In this document: piece after piece, positions 1-9,629 of the stretch
Numbering within the stretch: the first letter of the stretch is position 1
Layout of the letters: each line of letters opens with the position of its first letter
IMG/VR virus record: IMGVR_UViG_3300046787_000327
Span: 32,001-96,000 of that record
Length of the DNA stretch: 64,000 bases
Reading direction: 5' to 3' (one strand)
Origin: a virus
Made by a program: the position numbers and the translations under genes
The notes under the pieces: generated by a model
What the model was told of the DNA's origin: nothing
The model's input: only the letters and a program-made list of their open reading frames with translations
Database searches by the model: none

Positions 1-312
1 CAGAAGTCAAACTCTGCAACTATTATTTTTATTAGTTCTCTTGGTGGTAAGTATGCTTATCGTGGTGGAGGAAATTATACAAATGCCAAGCGTGGCCAGA
101 TGGCTCTTGTTGACACTATGAGGCTAGAGTTTCCAGAGTATGGAATTAAAGTAACAGAGATATGTCCAGGTACGATAGATACACAAAAAGAAAAGAAACC
201 TGCTGCTCTTACAGCAGAAGATTTAGCGGAATCTATTCGTTGGGTAGCAGAAATGCCAAGCCATGTCAATATAAACCACATAGAATTAAATCATATTCTT
301 AGTGGTAAATGA
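1..312 (+). CDS. Short-chain dehydrogenase/reductase (SDR), 5'-truncated by window edge
   Basis: Frame 1 is open from base 1: ...IIFISSLGGKYAYRGGGNYTNAKRGQM...IKVTEICPGTIDT; catalytic Ser, YxxxK and xxPGxxxT SDR motifs. Confidence 0.8.
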   Translation, partial: QKSNSATIIFISSLGGKYAYRGGGNYTNAKRGQMALVDTMRLEFPEYGIKVTEICPGTIDTQKEKKPAALTAEDLAESIRWVAEMPSHVNINHIELNHILSGK

Positions 313-369
313 GTTTTTCGATAACTATCAACCATTGATTTAGGGAGAGTTTTGCTTTTTAGAAAACTC

Positions 370-378
370 TGCTATAAT
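370..378 (+). promoter_or_regulatory. Extended -10 promoter (TGcTATAAT) for nrdJ
   Basis: Consensus TGnTATAAT; SD GAAAGGA upstream of ATG 412. Confidence 0.6.
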
Positions 379-411
379 TAACTCTATTCCGTTTTTGAAA
401 GGACGAAACAC

Positions 412-2451
412 ATGTCAGATTTTTTTAGTTTTAGATTAACAGATGACTTTGTAGAGAAGTTTGTATCAGCACCAAATCCTTTTGGATTTAAAGATGCAGC
501 AGAAAACTCTCTTGGAGAAATTACATTTATCCGCACATATTCCCGTGTGAAGGAGGATGGAACTAAGGAACGCTGGCATGAAGTTTGTCGTCGTGTAATC
601 GAGGGTATGTACTCAGTACAGAAGAACCATGCTAAGGAGAACCGTCTCCCATGGAATGATTACAAGGCTCAGAAGTCAGCACAAGAAGCATTCCAGCGAA
701 TGTTTGAATTGAAGTGGACACCACCAGGGCGAGGTATGTGGACATTCGGAACTGCTATGACTATGGAGAAGCGTAACTCAGCAGCACTTCAAAACTGTGC
801 AATGGTTTCAACAAAAGATCTTGATAAGAACGATCCAGGAGCCTTGTTTGCATGGGTAATGGATGCTTTGATGCTTGGCATTGGTGTTGGCTTTGATACA
901 GTAGGACAGGAAAAGGGTTTCCAGATCTATGCTCCATCAGAACCAGCAGCGATCTTTGATATTCCAGACACTCGTGAAGGATGGGTAGAGTCGGTTCGTC
1001 TTTTGCTAAACTCTTACCTTCGTTCGAATCAGCCAGTTCAGAAGTTTAACTATGACCTTATCCGTCCTCTAGGAGCACCGATTAAGGGCTTTGGAGGGGT
1101 CGCTAGCGGTCCAGCACCACTGATTCAACTACACACACAGATCGACAAGGTAATCGGCGGTAGAGCAGGAGAAACCCTTGACAGCCGTGCTATTACAGAT
1201 ATCATTAACCTTATTGGAACATGTGTTGTTTCAGGAAATGTTCGTCGTTCTGCAACCCTTGCTTTAGGTGCAGCAGGAGATGAAGACTTTATTAATCTTA
1301 AGAATGCAGAAGTCTTCCCAGATAGAAACTCATTTGACCCAGAAAACCCAGGTTGGGCATGGATGTCAAATAACTCAATTTCTGCAACAGTCGGAATGGA
1401 CTATGAAAAGTACACCGATCTGATTGTTAATAACGGAGAGCCAGGGTTTATCTGGCTTGATGTTGCTCGTAACTATGGTCGTCTAGCAGATCCTGCAGAT
1501 GGAAAAGACTATCGTGTTATGGGCTTCAATCCTTGTGCGGAGCAGCCATTGGAGTCGTATGAACTTTGTACTCTTGTAGAGGTTCACCTAAACCGACATG
1601 AATCCAAGGAGGACTTCCTCAAGACATTGAAGTTTGCTTACCTTTACGGTAAGACTGTTACATTGCTTCCAACGCACTGGCAGCAAACAAACGGTATCAT
1701 GCAGCGTAACCGTCGCATTGGTACATCCCTTACAGGTATTGCTTCGTTTGCTGATCAAAAGGGTCTTCCTGTTGTTCGTGAATGGATGGATGAGGGCTAC
1801 AACACAATTCGCAAGTATGATCGTCAATACTCAGAATGGCTTTGTGTTCGTGAATCAATTCGTGTAACAACTGTCAAGCCATCAGGATCTGTTTCAATTC
1901 TTTCTGGTGCAACTCCTGGAGTTCACTGGGGACCTGGAGGAAACTTCTTCCTTCGTGCAATTCGCTTTGGTGATACTGATCCAATGCTTCACCTATTCAA
2001 GGCAGCAGGGTACAAGATTGAAAAGGATGTTGTCTCAGCAAACACCTCAGTAGTATACTTCCCAGTAAAGTCAGGGCACCCCCGTTCTGAAAAGGATGTA
2101 ACGCTATTTGAAAAGATTGCTCTCGCAGCAACTGCTCAGAAGTACTGGTCTGATAATGGTGTCTCTGTAACACTCTCATTTGATAAGGAAACGGAGTCAA
2201 AGCATGTTGCTCCAGCACTTCATATGTACGAGGGACAGTTGAAGGCAGTTTCATTCCTTCCAATGGGAAACACTGTTTATCCACAGCAGCCATATACTCA
2301 GATTACTGAAGATGAGTATGAGTCTTATATCGGAGTCCTAAAGCATATTGACTTCTCTGCTATTTATGATGGAAATGATAATCTTGAAGCACAAGGTGAG
2401 GCATATTGCACCACCGACTACTGTGAGATTAAAGTCGAAACTAAAAAGTAG
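412..2451 (+). CDS. nrdJ: Class II (adenosylcobalamin-dependent) ribonucleotide reductase, monomeric RTPR type
   Basis: PPGRG, NC, GNVRRSA, GFNPCAEQPL (thiyl Cys), TTVKPSG, and C-terminal CTTDYC redox pair. Confidence 0.93.
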   Translation: MSDFFSFRLTDDFVEKFVSAPNPFGFKDAAENSLGEITFIRTYSRVKEDGTKERWHEVCRRVIEGMYSVQKNHAKENRLPWNDYKAQKSAQEAFQRMFELKWTPPGRGMWTFGTAMTMEKRNSAALQNCAMVSTKDLDKNDPGALFAWVMDALMLGIGVGFDTVGQEKGFQIYAPSEPAAIFDIPDTREGWVESVRLLLNSYLRSNQPVQKFNYDLIRPLGAPIKGFGGVASGPAPLIQLHTQIDKVIGGRAGETLDSRAITDIINLIGTCVVSGNVRRSATLALGAAGDEDFINLKNAEVFPDRNSFDPENPGWAWMSNNSISATVGMDYEKYTDLIVNNGEPGFIWLDVARNYGRLADPADGKDYRVMGFNPCAEQPLESYELCTLVEVHLNRHESKEDFLKTLKFAYLYGKTVTLLPTHWQQTNGIMQRNRRIGTSLTGIASFADQKGLPVVREWMDEGYNTIRKYDRQYSEWLCVRESIRVTTVKPSGSVSILSGATPGVHWGPGGNFFLRAIRFGDTDPMLHLFKAAGYKIEKDVVSANTSVVYFPVKSGHPRSEKDVTLFEKIALAATAQKYWSDNGVSVTLSFDKETESKHVAPALHMYEGQLKAVSFLPMGNTVYPQQPYTQITEDEYESYIGVLKHIDFSAIYDGNDNLEAQGEAYCTTDYCEIKVETKK

Positions 2452-2474
2452 TTGTATGGTAAAATAGACTTATA

Positions 2475-5400
2475 ATGTCTACTGCCTCAAACCTCTATGC
2501 CGAGAAGGTGTTCTCTGAACACCCTATCGCATTGTGGGCTTTAGATGACAAGGCAGACTATATTTCTGTAATTACTGAAGAGCAAAGAAGACTAGCAAAC
2601 TGGCAAGTAACTGGTGCTACGGTATCTCAGGCTATATCAGACGAAAGTCCTTTTCAGGACAGTGTTACCAATAGGCTTTCTGTAACTGTAGACGAAACAG
2701 GTCTAGGACAAATAGTTTGCATTAGTGAAGATATTGTTAATTTTTCAGATCTCAATGGATCTTTAAAAACATTTGCTATTGGTGGATACTTTTATTCTTT
2801 TACTCCTGCCATCTCTAGTTTTGAATTAGGGTATGAATACTATGATGTAACGAATGGTTCTACTGTCCAGCATTTGAAGTCATTTGATGCGCCTATTAAT
2901 AATAATTGGATATTTTTATCAGAGACTTTTGATATCCCCGATGACAATACAACTCTCAGAGTTGTTGTAAAAATCAACTACTTTTCATCAGTTATGATAG
3001 AAGATGTTTATAAGTTTTTGGTTCATGGTATAAGCGTTGGACAATGGTCTGAAGAGTTTAACTCAACATCTCTAGGTGTACATGAGTTAGAATTACCAGC
3101 AGGTATTTTTAGTAGCGGAACTCATTATGGAGTAAAGGCTGTTGCTTATGGGCTAGAAGAAAATCCTGGATATTATCTATCAAGTGGCAAGTCTCTGGTT
3201 GCAAAAAATACAGGAATTCCAATGGTTTATGGTGCAACTGGAATCACTAAACTATTGCCAAATGGAGACTCGCCATCACTAGTTTTGCCAGGCAAGGGAT
3301 TCCTCCATGAGGAAGGTAAATACAACAACTACACCTTTGAGGGGTGGGTAAGAATTGTCAATGACTCTACAACTCATAAGAAAATTTTTGGTCCACTAGG
3401 TGGACTAGATGGTCTATGGGTAGATGGACCATTCATGACACTAAGAATCAGTAACCACTTTGCAACAGCATATGTTGGTGAGTGGGGAAAGCCAATGCTT
3501 TTAAACATTGTTTATGGAGCAACAGGAGCAAACTTACTTATTAATGGAGAGCAGGTAGCATCTTTATCTTTTAATAGCGATGATCTATTCTTTGCTGAAA
3601 ATGAATCGGACTGGCTTGGTTTCTGGTGCAATGAGGATGTTTCTGCTATCGAGTTAGATGCGGTAGCCATATATTCATATCAGGTTCCATCAATTCTTGC
3701 AAAAAGAAGATTCGTATATGGGCAGGGCGTAGACTTTCCAGAAAACATAAATACTTCCTATAGTGGATCGTCCGTCTTTATTGACTATCAGTATGCAGAC
3801 TATACAAATAATTATGTTTATCCAGACCTAGGCAATTGGAATCAAGGATCTAGGAACAACCTAGCAATTAACGAAAATATGTTGTCTGCTCCAGACTATC
3901 AGTTACCAACTCTGGTTCTTGAGTCTGGTGACTCTTCAGAACTATCAAGTGTTGTGTTTACAGATGCAACTCAGTCAGAAGACAGTACATTCTTTACCTT
4001 TAAACCAAACTCTTCACTAGTTAAGAATGGCTATTTGTTATTTGATAACCTTAACTTTTTACAGGAAGAGGTTAAAGCATTTTACTCTTTAATTAAAATA
4101 AATGAGGCTCCAGTAGAAGAGCAGGTAATACTTCACATAGAGTCAGAAAGTACAAATAGTTATTTATCGATTGTTGTTAATGGAAGAACGATAGATTATA
4201 AGTTTTTTCACAATGGGATCTTATCAACAATATATTCAACCACAGACTATGCTTTGGGAGAAAAGTTTCCAGTAGGAATAAATATAGATGACTTCTCTTC
4301 ATATTTTGGTGGAGACCTTCTTTCATTTTTTGGAAATAGAACTGGACTAAAGTTTTATGTAGCAGGAACAAAAGAGTTTGCCTCAAGTTTTAAGGGGAAC
4401 ATCTACAATGTTGGATTTTCTAATGCTGCCAACTTAAATGAAATAAAAGAACTTTTTAATGCAAGAGGGTGCGTACTTGAGTATGAGGATGTATTTAATG
4501 CTTATACTTCTCAAATAGACTATGATGCTGGAGAATACACTGGTAGCGATTTAAGTTTTTGGCAGTTCTTTTTAGATGGCGGATCTCCAACAGAGTACTC
4601 ATCATACAGACTATCAGACCATACTGCTAGTTATACTCTTATTGTTAAAAACTACTTTAACAACTATTATTTTGATATTGGCGTAAAGTCTTCATGGAAA
4701 GACTACCTTCCACTAACGTACTTTGCAGAGTCCGTACAGGATACAAGTGGAAACAGTTACTATGATCTAGACTTTATCCAATTTAATATTGACTATCCAG
4801 CACCATCAGCGTATGCTGAAGTGCCATCGGACCCAGTTTCCTGGAAGTATGGAATCGATACTGTTCTTGAAAGTGGTGAGATTATTCCATCATTAAGCGA
4901 TCAGTTCTCGGACCCAGTAAAAAGAACTTATGCTTCTTTAGATAATCAATTATTTACTGGGTATAACAATTACGATGATTTAAAGAATCGATCCTCTAAG
5001 AATTATATTTATGATACATCAAACTCTTATGTCAGATCGTATGTAACTTTTGAATATACTGAGTCTGGACTAAATTCCTCTGACTTGTATTTTTCATCTT
5101 CTGTGGGGGCATCAAGAGATGGAGTAGTAACTCCAGGGGCCGAGTGGATGACTACAAAGTATGAAGTAGTTGACGGTATGATTATATATCCACCAGCAGA
5201 AGACCTGTCTTCCTTATCTTTGGTAACAAGACTTGATTTTAAGATTGATGGAATCATTACACATAGTATAAAGTTAAAAACACTAGAGTACTCTTCAGAA
5301 TCATTTAATGACTCTATTCCAAATCCAGTTGGAACTAAGTTTGGTACTCCAATATATCCCTATAGAAAGTCTGGATACTACTATAACTATAAAAATAAAA

Positions 5401-6188
5401 ACCCATTTAGCATTTACAAGAAGAGCACACCCTATCTCTATCTGACTAGAAACAGTGGTATCACCCTAAAGGGTGCATATGATCCAACAGTTGATCGTGG
5501 TTTGGCAATTCCTATCAATCCAACATTAGCAAAGAACTACAGAGTCATGGCAATGCAGGCAGCACTAAGATTTGATCAAGACTTTTTCCCATACGCTCCA
5601 ACGCAAATTTTTGAGATTGAGTCACCAGAACAACATATCAAGTTCTTCATGGTTGCAAACAGTTCTGATGGCAATAGAGCAAGAATATATGCAGTCAATG
5701 CTAAGACTGGTCAACTTGACAGTGGTATTAGTTTTTATTGGAATGGAAAGTTGGTAAGAGAGCCAGTCATGACTATTAGAGAGTGGGGCTTCCTAGGAAT
5801 TTCCTTCTCAAATATCTTAGACTTTACAAGTTCTCAGGGGTTAATCAAGATTACTGGACCACTAACCTTTAACACTATCTCGTATTATCAGACAACAACC
5901 CTACAAGAGGTTCAGCAGATAACAAATAGGCCCTGGTTCAAGGTTCTGTATGCTGGTACATCCGAACTTGATTGGCAATTTTGGAATATTCCACAGTATG
6001 ACTGGGGTAATATTATGGTTATTTCTACAAAAAGTTACTATGGAGTAGATCCTGAAACAATTTATAAGAGTTATACGGGCACAAACAAGATTATTGTAGG
6101 GAGTGACAACACCTTTAGTCTTGGAAACTACGAATATAACTTCTATCAGGACGCCACATGGCAACAAAGTACCACATATGCTGTTTGA
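2475..6188 (+). CDS. Large putative virion protein (beta-rich, possible LamG/concanavalin-like domain)
   Basis: 1237 aa, rich in aromatics, Ser and Asn; PIALWALDD, TFEGWV and LDAVAIYSY resemble LamG strands; lies just upstream of the head module. Confidence 0.5.
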   Translation: MSTASNLYAEKVFSEHPIALWALDDKADYISVITEEQRRLANWQVTGATVSQAISDESPFQDSVTNRLSVTVDETGLGQIVCISEDIVNFSDLNGSLKTFAIGGYFYSFTPAISSFELGYEYYDVTNGSTVQHLKSFDAPINNNWIFLSETFDIPDDNTTLRVVVKINYFSSVMIEDVYKFLVHGISVGQWSEEFNSTSLGVHELELPAGIFSSGTHYGVKAVAYGLEENPGYYLSSGKSLVAKNTGIPMVYGATGITKLLPNGDSPSLVLPGKGFLHEEGKYNNYTFEGWVRIVNDSTTHKKIFGPLGGLDGLWVDGPFMTLRISNHFATAYVGEWGKPMLLNIVYGATGANLLINGEQVASLSFNSDDLFFAENESDWLGFWCNEDVSAIELDAVAIYSYQVPSILAKRRFVYGQGVDFPENINTSYSGSSVFIDYQYADYTNNYVYPDLGNWNQGSRNNLAINENMLSAPDYQLPTLVLESGDSSELSSVVFTDATQSEDSTFFTFKPNSSLVKNGYLLFDNLNFLQEEVKAFYSLIKINEAPVEEQVILHIESESTNSYLSIVVNGRTIDYKFFHNGILSTIYSTTDYALGEKFPVGINIDDFSSYFGGDLLSFFGNRTGLKFYVAGTKEFASSFKGNIYNVGFSNAANLNEIKELFNARGCVLEYEDVFNAYTSQIDYDAGEYTGSDLSFWQFFLDGGSPTEYSSYRLSDHTASYTLIVKNYFNNYYFDIGVKSSWKDYLPLTYFAESVQDTSGNSYYDLDFIQFNIDYPAPSAYAEVPSDPVSWKYGIDTVLESGEIIPSLSDQFSDPVKRTYASLDNQLFTGYNNYDDLKNRSSKNYIYDTSNSYVRSYVTFEYTESGLNSSDLYFSSSVGASRDGVVTPGAEWMTTKYEVVDGMIIYPPAEDLSSLSLVTRLDFKIDGIITHSIKLKTLEYSSESFNDSIPNPVGTKFGTPIYPYRKSGYYYNYKNKNPFSIYKKSTPYLYLTRNSGITLKGAYDPTVDRGLAIPINPTLAKNYRVMAMQAALRFDQDFFPYAPTQIFEIESPEQHIKFFMVANSSDGNRARIYAVNAKTGQLDSGISFYWNGKLVREPVMTIREWGFLGISFSNILDFTSSQGLIKITGPLTFNTISYYQTTTLQEVQQITNRPWFKVLYAGTSELDWQFWNIPQYDWGNIMVISTKSYYGVDPETIYKSYTGTNKIIVGSDNTFSLGNYEYNFYQDATWQQSTTYAV

Positions 6189-6206
6189 TATGGTATACTT
6201 ATAGTT

Positions 6207-6611
6207 ATGAATCTAGAGAATCCAAACAAAAAGCGTAAGAACCTGCCCAAGATGAAGGGGCAAGTCGGTGAATCCCGTGTTAAGGTTATTGAAAAGCACT
6301 ATGACTGGGGACTATATGTATACAAGAAGGCCAACGGCAAGTGGTTTACAGACGGAACTGGATCAGTCCTAAACATTGAATCAATGAAGGGCGACATCTC
6401 TGCTATCTCTAAGTTGAAGGATGCAGCAAAATATTACGGGGATCCAGGAGACGGAACATGTGTATTCGTACCAGGATTAACAAGAATTACAGAAGAGGAA
6501 TACTCAGAGCAAAAAGAACGCCTAGCAGAAGGACTCATTCCATCTATGAATGACCTTGGTGCATGGAAGGCTGCTCAGGACACATTCAACAAGTATGGAA
6601 GTGACGAGTAG
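6207..6611 (+). CDS. Hypothetical protein preceding portal
   Basis: 134-aa ORF; leaderless-type TGgTATACT at 6191-6199; stop overlaps portal start. Confidence 0.7.
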   Translation: MNLENPNKKRKNLPKMKGQVGESRVKVIEKHYDWGLYVYKKANGKWFTDGTGSVLNIESMKGDISAISKLKDAAKYYGDPGDGTCVFVPGLTRITEEEYSEQKERLAEGLIPSMNDLGAWKAAQDTFNKYGSDE

Positions 6612-8221
6612 TGTCTGAAGATATTGAGTATAGAATCCCAGCAAGAATTGATGATCTTCCTGAGATTGATGACACATTTCAGAAGCAAGATCCTTTTAAT
6701 AAAACATGGGATGAACTCAAGTCTTTAGAAGGTTTAGAGAATAACTTTAAGCGTCGTGCTACTCGTATGTCTAAAGTAGATGCACCACAGTCTTACATTG
6801 ATTCTGCAAGAGCAGAGAGCACTGGTATCGGCGGGGCAAAGTCAAAGGAAATTAATCCAGGACTTATTTACCGTAATGGCTATGGACTCTTTGATGTAAT
6901 TACACCACCATGGAATCTATATGAACTAGCAAACTACTACGACACATCTTTTGCCAACCACGCATCTATTGATGCTAAGGTAGAAAACATCGTTGGCCTT
7001 GGCTATGACTTTGAGGTGTCAGCACGGACAATGCTAAAGTTAGAATCCTCTACAGATCCTGATGCAGTTGGCAGAGCAAGAAAAAGAATTGAAAGAGCAA
7101 AGATTGAAGTTCGTGATTGGCTAGAGTCTCTCAATGATGAGGATTCTTTTACTGCTTCCATGGAAAAGGTTTTTACAGACCTTCAGGCAACTGGAAATGG
7201 ATACCTTGAAATTGGTAGAACAATTAAGGGCGAGATTGGATATGTTGGTCATATTCCAGCAACTACAATTCGTGTTCGTCGTTTGCGTGATGGCTTTGTT
7301 CAGGTCATTGGAAACAAGGTTGTTTACTTCCGTAATTTTGGGGGAAAGAATCAGAATCCACTTGGAACAGATCCAAGACCAAATGAGATCATCCACTTTA
7401 AGTCATACTCACCACTAAACACATTCTACGGTGTACCTGACATTATTTCAGCAATTAACTCACTATACGGTGATGCACTTGCTTCACAATACAACATTGA
7501 TTATTTTAGCAACAAGGCTGTCCCAAGATATGTTGTAACTCTTAAGGGTGCAAAGTTATCACCAGAGGCAGAAGACAAGATGTTTAGATTTTTGCAGACA
7601 GGTCTTAAGGGGCAGAATCACAGAACACTTTACATCCCACTCCCTGGAGATTCTGATACCAACAAAGTAGACTTTAATATGCAACCTGTTGAAAACGGAA
7701 TCCAGGAAGGCTCATTCAAGGAGTACCGTAAGCAGAACCGTGATGACATTCTTGTTGCACATCAGGTTCCACTTTCAAAACTTGGTGGAGGAGATTCGTC
7801 TGCAATCGCTGCAGCACTTGCACAGGATCGTACTTTTAAGGAGCAGGTTGCAAGACCAGCACAAGACAAACTTAACAAGATGATCAATAAGATCATTCGT
7901 GAAAAGACAGACATCTTAGATTTTAAGTTTAACGAACTCACCCTAACAGATGAGATTGCACAGTCTCAAATTCTTGAGCGTTATGTTAAGAATCAGATCA
8001 TGGTTCCTAATGAAGCAAGAGTTATTCTTGGAATGCCACAGCGTGACGGTGGAGATAAGCCAGTCGAAGCAAAGCCAGCAGGAGAAAATAATCCTGCAGA
8101 CCGTGCAAGAGATGGCGAAAGAGTAAATAATAATTCAGATAGTTCATCAACAGTTGCAGGTCGTAACCCAAAGGGTGAAGGCCGTAAGTTTGACGACTTG
8201 TCTGAAATGTCCGAATTGTAA
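6611..8221 (+). CDS. Portal protein
   Basis: GNGYLEI, IPATTIRV, EIIHFK, FYGVPDI, YFSNKAVP, DILVAHQVP, PNEAR (PBSX/HK97-type portal motifs); position before protease and capsid. Confidence 0.9.
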   Translation: MSEDIEYRIPARIDDLPEIDDTFQKQDPFNKTWDELKSLEGLENNFKRRATRMSKVDAPQSYIDSARAESTGIGGAKSKEINPGLIYRNGYGLFDVITPPWNLYELANYYDTSFANHASIDAKVENIVGLGYDFEVSARTMLKLESSTDPDAVGRARKRIERAKIEVRDWLESLNDEDSFTASMEKVFTDLQATGNGYLEIGRTIKGEIGYVGHIPATTIRVRRLRDGFVQVIGNKVVYFRNFGGKNQNPLGTDPRPNEIIHFKSYSPLNTFYGVPDIISAINSLYGDALASQYNIDYFSNKAVPRYVVTLKGAKLSPEAEDKMFRFLQTGLKGQNHRTLYIPLPGDSDTNKVDFNMQPVENGIQEGSFKEYRKQNRDDILVAHQVPLSKLGGGDSSAIAAALAQDRTFKEQVARPAQDKLNKMINKIIREKTDILDFKFNELTLTDEIAQSQILERYVKNQIMVPNEARVILGMPQRDGGDKPVEAKPAGENNPADRARDGERVNNNSDSSSTVAGRNPKGEGRKFDDLSEMSEL

Positions 8222-8255
8222 CATATATTAAAAAAGGGTATATAATAGACTAACC

Positions 8256-9608
8256 ATGACAATATCTAAAGCACATTGGAATGCTGAGGGTGAGAATCTT
8301 CGCCTTTCAATGCCATTCAGTAAAGTCGATAAAGAGAGACGTACAGTCTCTGGTTTCGCATCTCTAGATAATCTAGACAAGCAGATGGACATTGTTACAG
8401 CAGAAGCGTCAATGGCTGCATTTGCAAAGTTCCGTGGTAACATTCGTGAAATGCATCAGCCTTCAGCAGTTGGCAAGATGGTAAACTTTAAAGAAGATAA
8501 GTATTTTGATCCAGAGACAAAGAAGTTTTACAAGGGCGTTTATGTCTCCGCCTATATTTCCAAGGGTGCACAAGATGCATGGGAGAAAGTCCTAGATGGA
8601 ACCTATACAGGTTTTTCTATTGGGGGACGAATGAACAAGTGGGATGACGCTTATGATGAGAAGTCAGATTCACAGATTAGAATTATTAAGGAGTACGACC
8701 TAGTTGAGTTATCACTAGTTGACTCACCAGCAAATCAGTTTGCAAATATTGTTTCAGTAGAAAAGGTTGATGGCGTTGATATGATCAAGGGCGATGAGAC
8801 TGTAGTAGAGAATGTTTTTTGGGATAAGGAATCTGGAATTGTTACTGTTTCAGAGAATGAGTCAGAAGTTAGCCCCGTCTCTGGCGAACCAATGAAGAAT
8901 ATAGGATTCGTTGAAAAAACGGATAACGAAAAAGTAAATATGATAAAGTTCTTAGTTGATAGTGCTAAAGGCATTAATACTTCTAAGATTACCAAGGAGG
9001 TAAATCCTATGACAGAAGAAACAACAGCAGTTGTCGAAGCACCAGTTGCAGAAGCAACAGATGCTCCTGCAGCAGAAGCAGTAGTTGAATCAGTTGAGGT
9101 TGCTCCAGAGGCGGATGCAAAGGCAGACACCGTAGAGGCAGAAGACGAAACAACAGAAAAGGCTGCAAAGCCACATGCTGATGAAGAAACTCCTGCAGAA
9201 GACGCTGGCGAAAAGCCAGGGGATGAAGAAGCGGAAGACAAGAAGCCAATGGCACCAAAGTCAGATGAAGTAATTGCAGAGTCAATTGCAGAAATCAAGA
9301 ATACTCTAACATCAGCCTTTAGCGACCTAGTATCAACAGTCAAATCATTACAAGCCGAAGTGGAATCACTTAAGGTTTCAAAGGTTGATGTTGAAGTAGT
9401 AAAGGAATCATTTGATTCAGTAGCAAAAGATATTGCTGCAGTATCAACTGGTTTTAATGAGTTTGGTAAGCGTGTAGATGCTGTAGAAGCAGACACCGCT
9501 TTCCGAAAGTCTGGCGATCTCGGCGAGATTGTACAGGATCAACCTGAAATGGTTGAAAAATCCCTATGGGGCGGTAGTTTCCTCAAAACAGCCGATCTAT
9601 TAAGTTAG
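8256..9608 (+). CDS. Prohead protease fused to C-terminal scaffold domain
   Basis: REMHQ, YTGFSIGG, ELSLVDSPAN protease motifs; acidic, coiled-coil C-terminal half. Confidence 0.85.
   Translation: MTISKAHWNAEGENLRLSMPFSKVDKERRTVSGFASLDNLDKQMDIVTAEASMAAFAKFRGNIREMHQPSAVGKMVNFKEDKYFDPETKKFYKGVYVSAYISKGAQDAWEKVLDGTYTGFSIGGRMNKWDDAYDEKSDSQIRIIKEYDLVELSLVDSPANQFANIVSVEKVDGVDMIKGDETVVENVFWDKESGIVTVSENESEVSPVSGEPMKNIGFVEKTDNEKVNMIKFLVDSAKGINTSKITKEVNPMTEETTAVVEAPVAEATDAPAAEAVVESVEVAPEADAKADTVEAEDETTEKAAKPHADEETPAEDAGEKPGDEEAEDKKPMAPKSDEVIAESIAEIKNTLTSAFSDLVSTVKSLQAEVESLKVSKVDVEVVKESFDSVAKDIAAVSTGFNEFGKRVDAVEADTAFRKSGDLGEIVQDQPEMVEKSLWGGSFLKTADLLS
9009..9608 (+). CDS. Probable nested in-frame scaffold protein (internal start)
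   Basis: AAGGAGG at 8994-9000 followed by in-frame ATG at 9009 (MTEETTAVVEAP...). Confidence 0.6.
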   Translation: MTEETTAVVEAPVAEATDAPAAEAVVESVEVAPEADAKADTVEAEDETTEKAAKPHADEETPAEDAGEKPGDEEAEDKKPMAPKSDEVIAESIAEIKNTLTSAFSDLVSTVKSLQAEVESLKVSKVDVEVVKESFDSVAKDIAAVSTGFNEFGKRVDAVEADTAFRKSGDLGEIVQDQPEMVEKSLWGGSFLKTADLLS

Positions 9609-9629
9609 AAAATCACAGGAGGTGACAAT

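Noticed and set aside
346-370. Inverted repeat AGAGTTTT/AAAACTCT upstream of nrdJ as an NrdR box or cobalamin riboswitch
   Set aside because: Does not match the NrdR consensus and the intergenic space is too short for a riboswitch; may be a weak operator or terminator
8735-9496. 253-aa minus-strand ORF
   Set aside because: Antisense shadow of the biased scaffold sequence; Ser/Ala low complexity, no RBS or promoter seen
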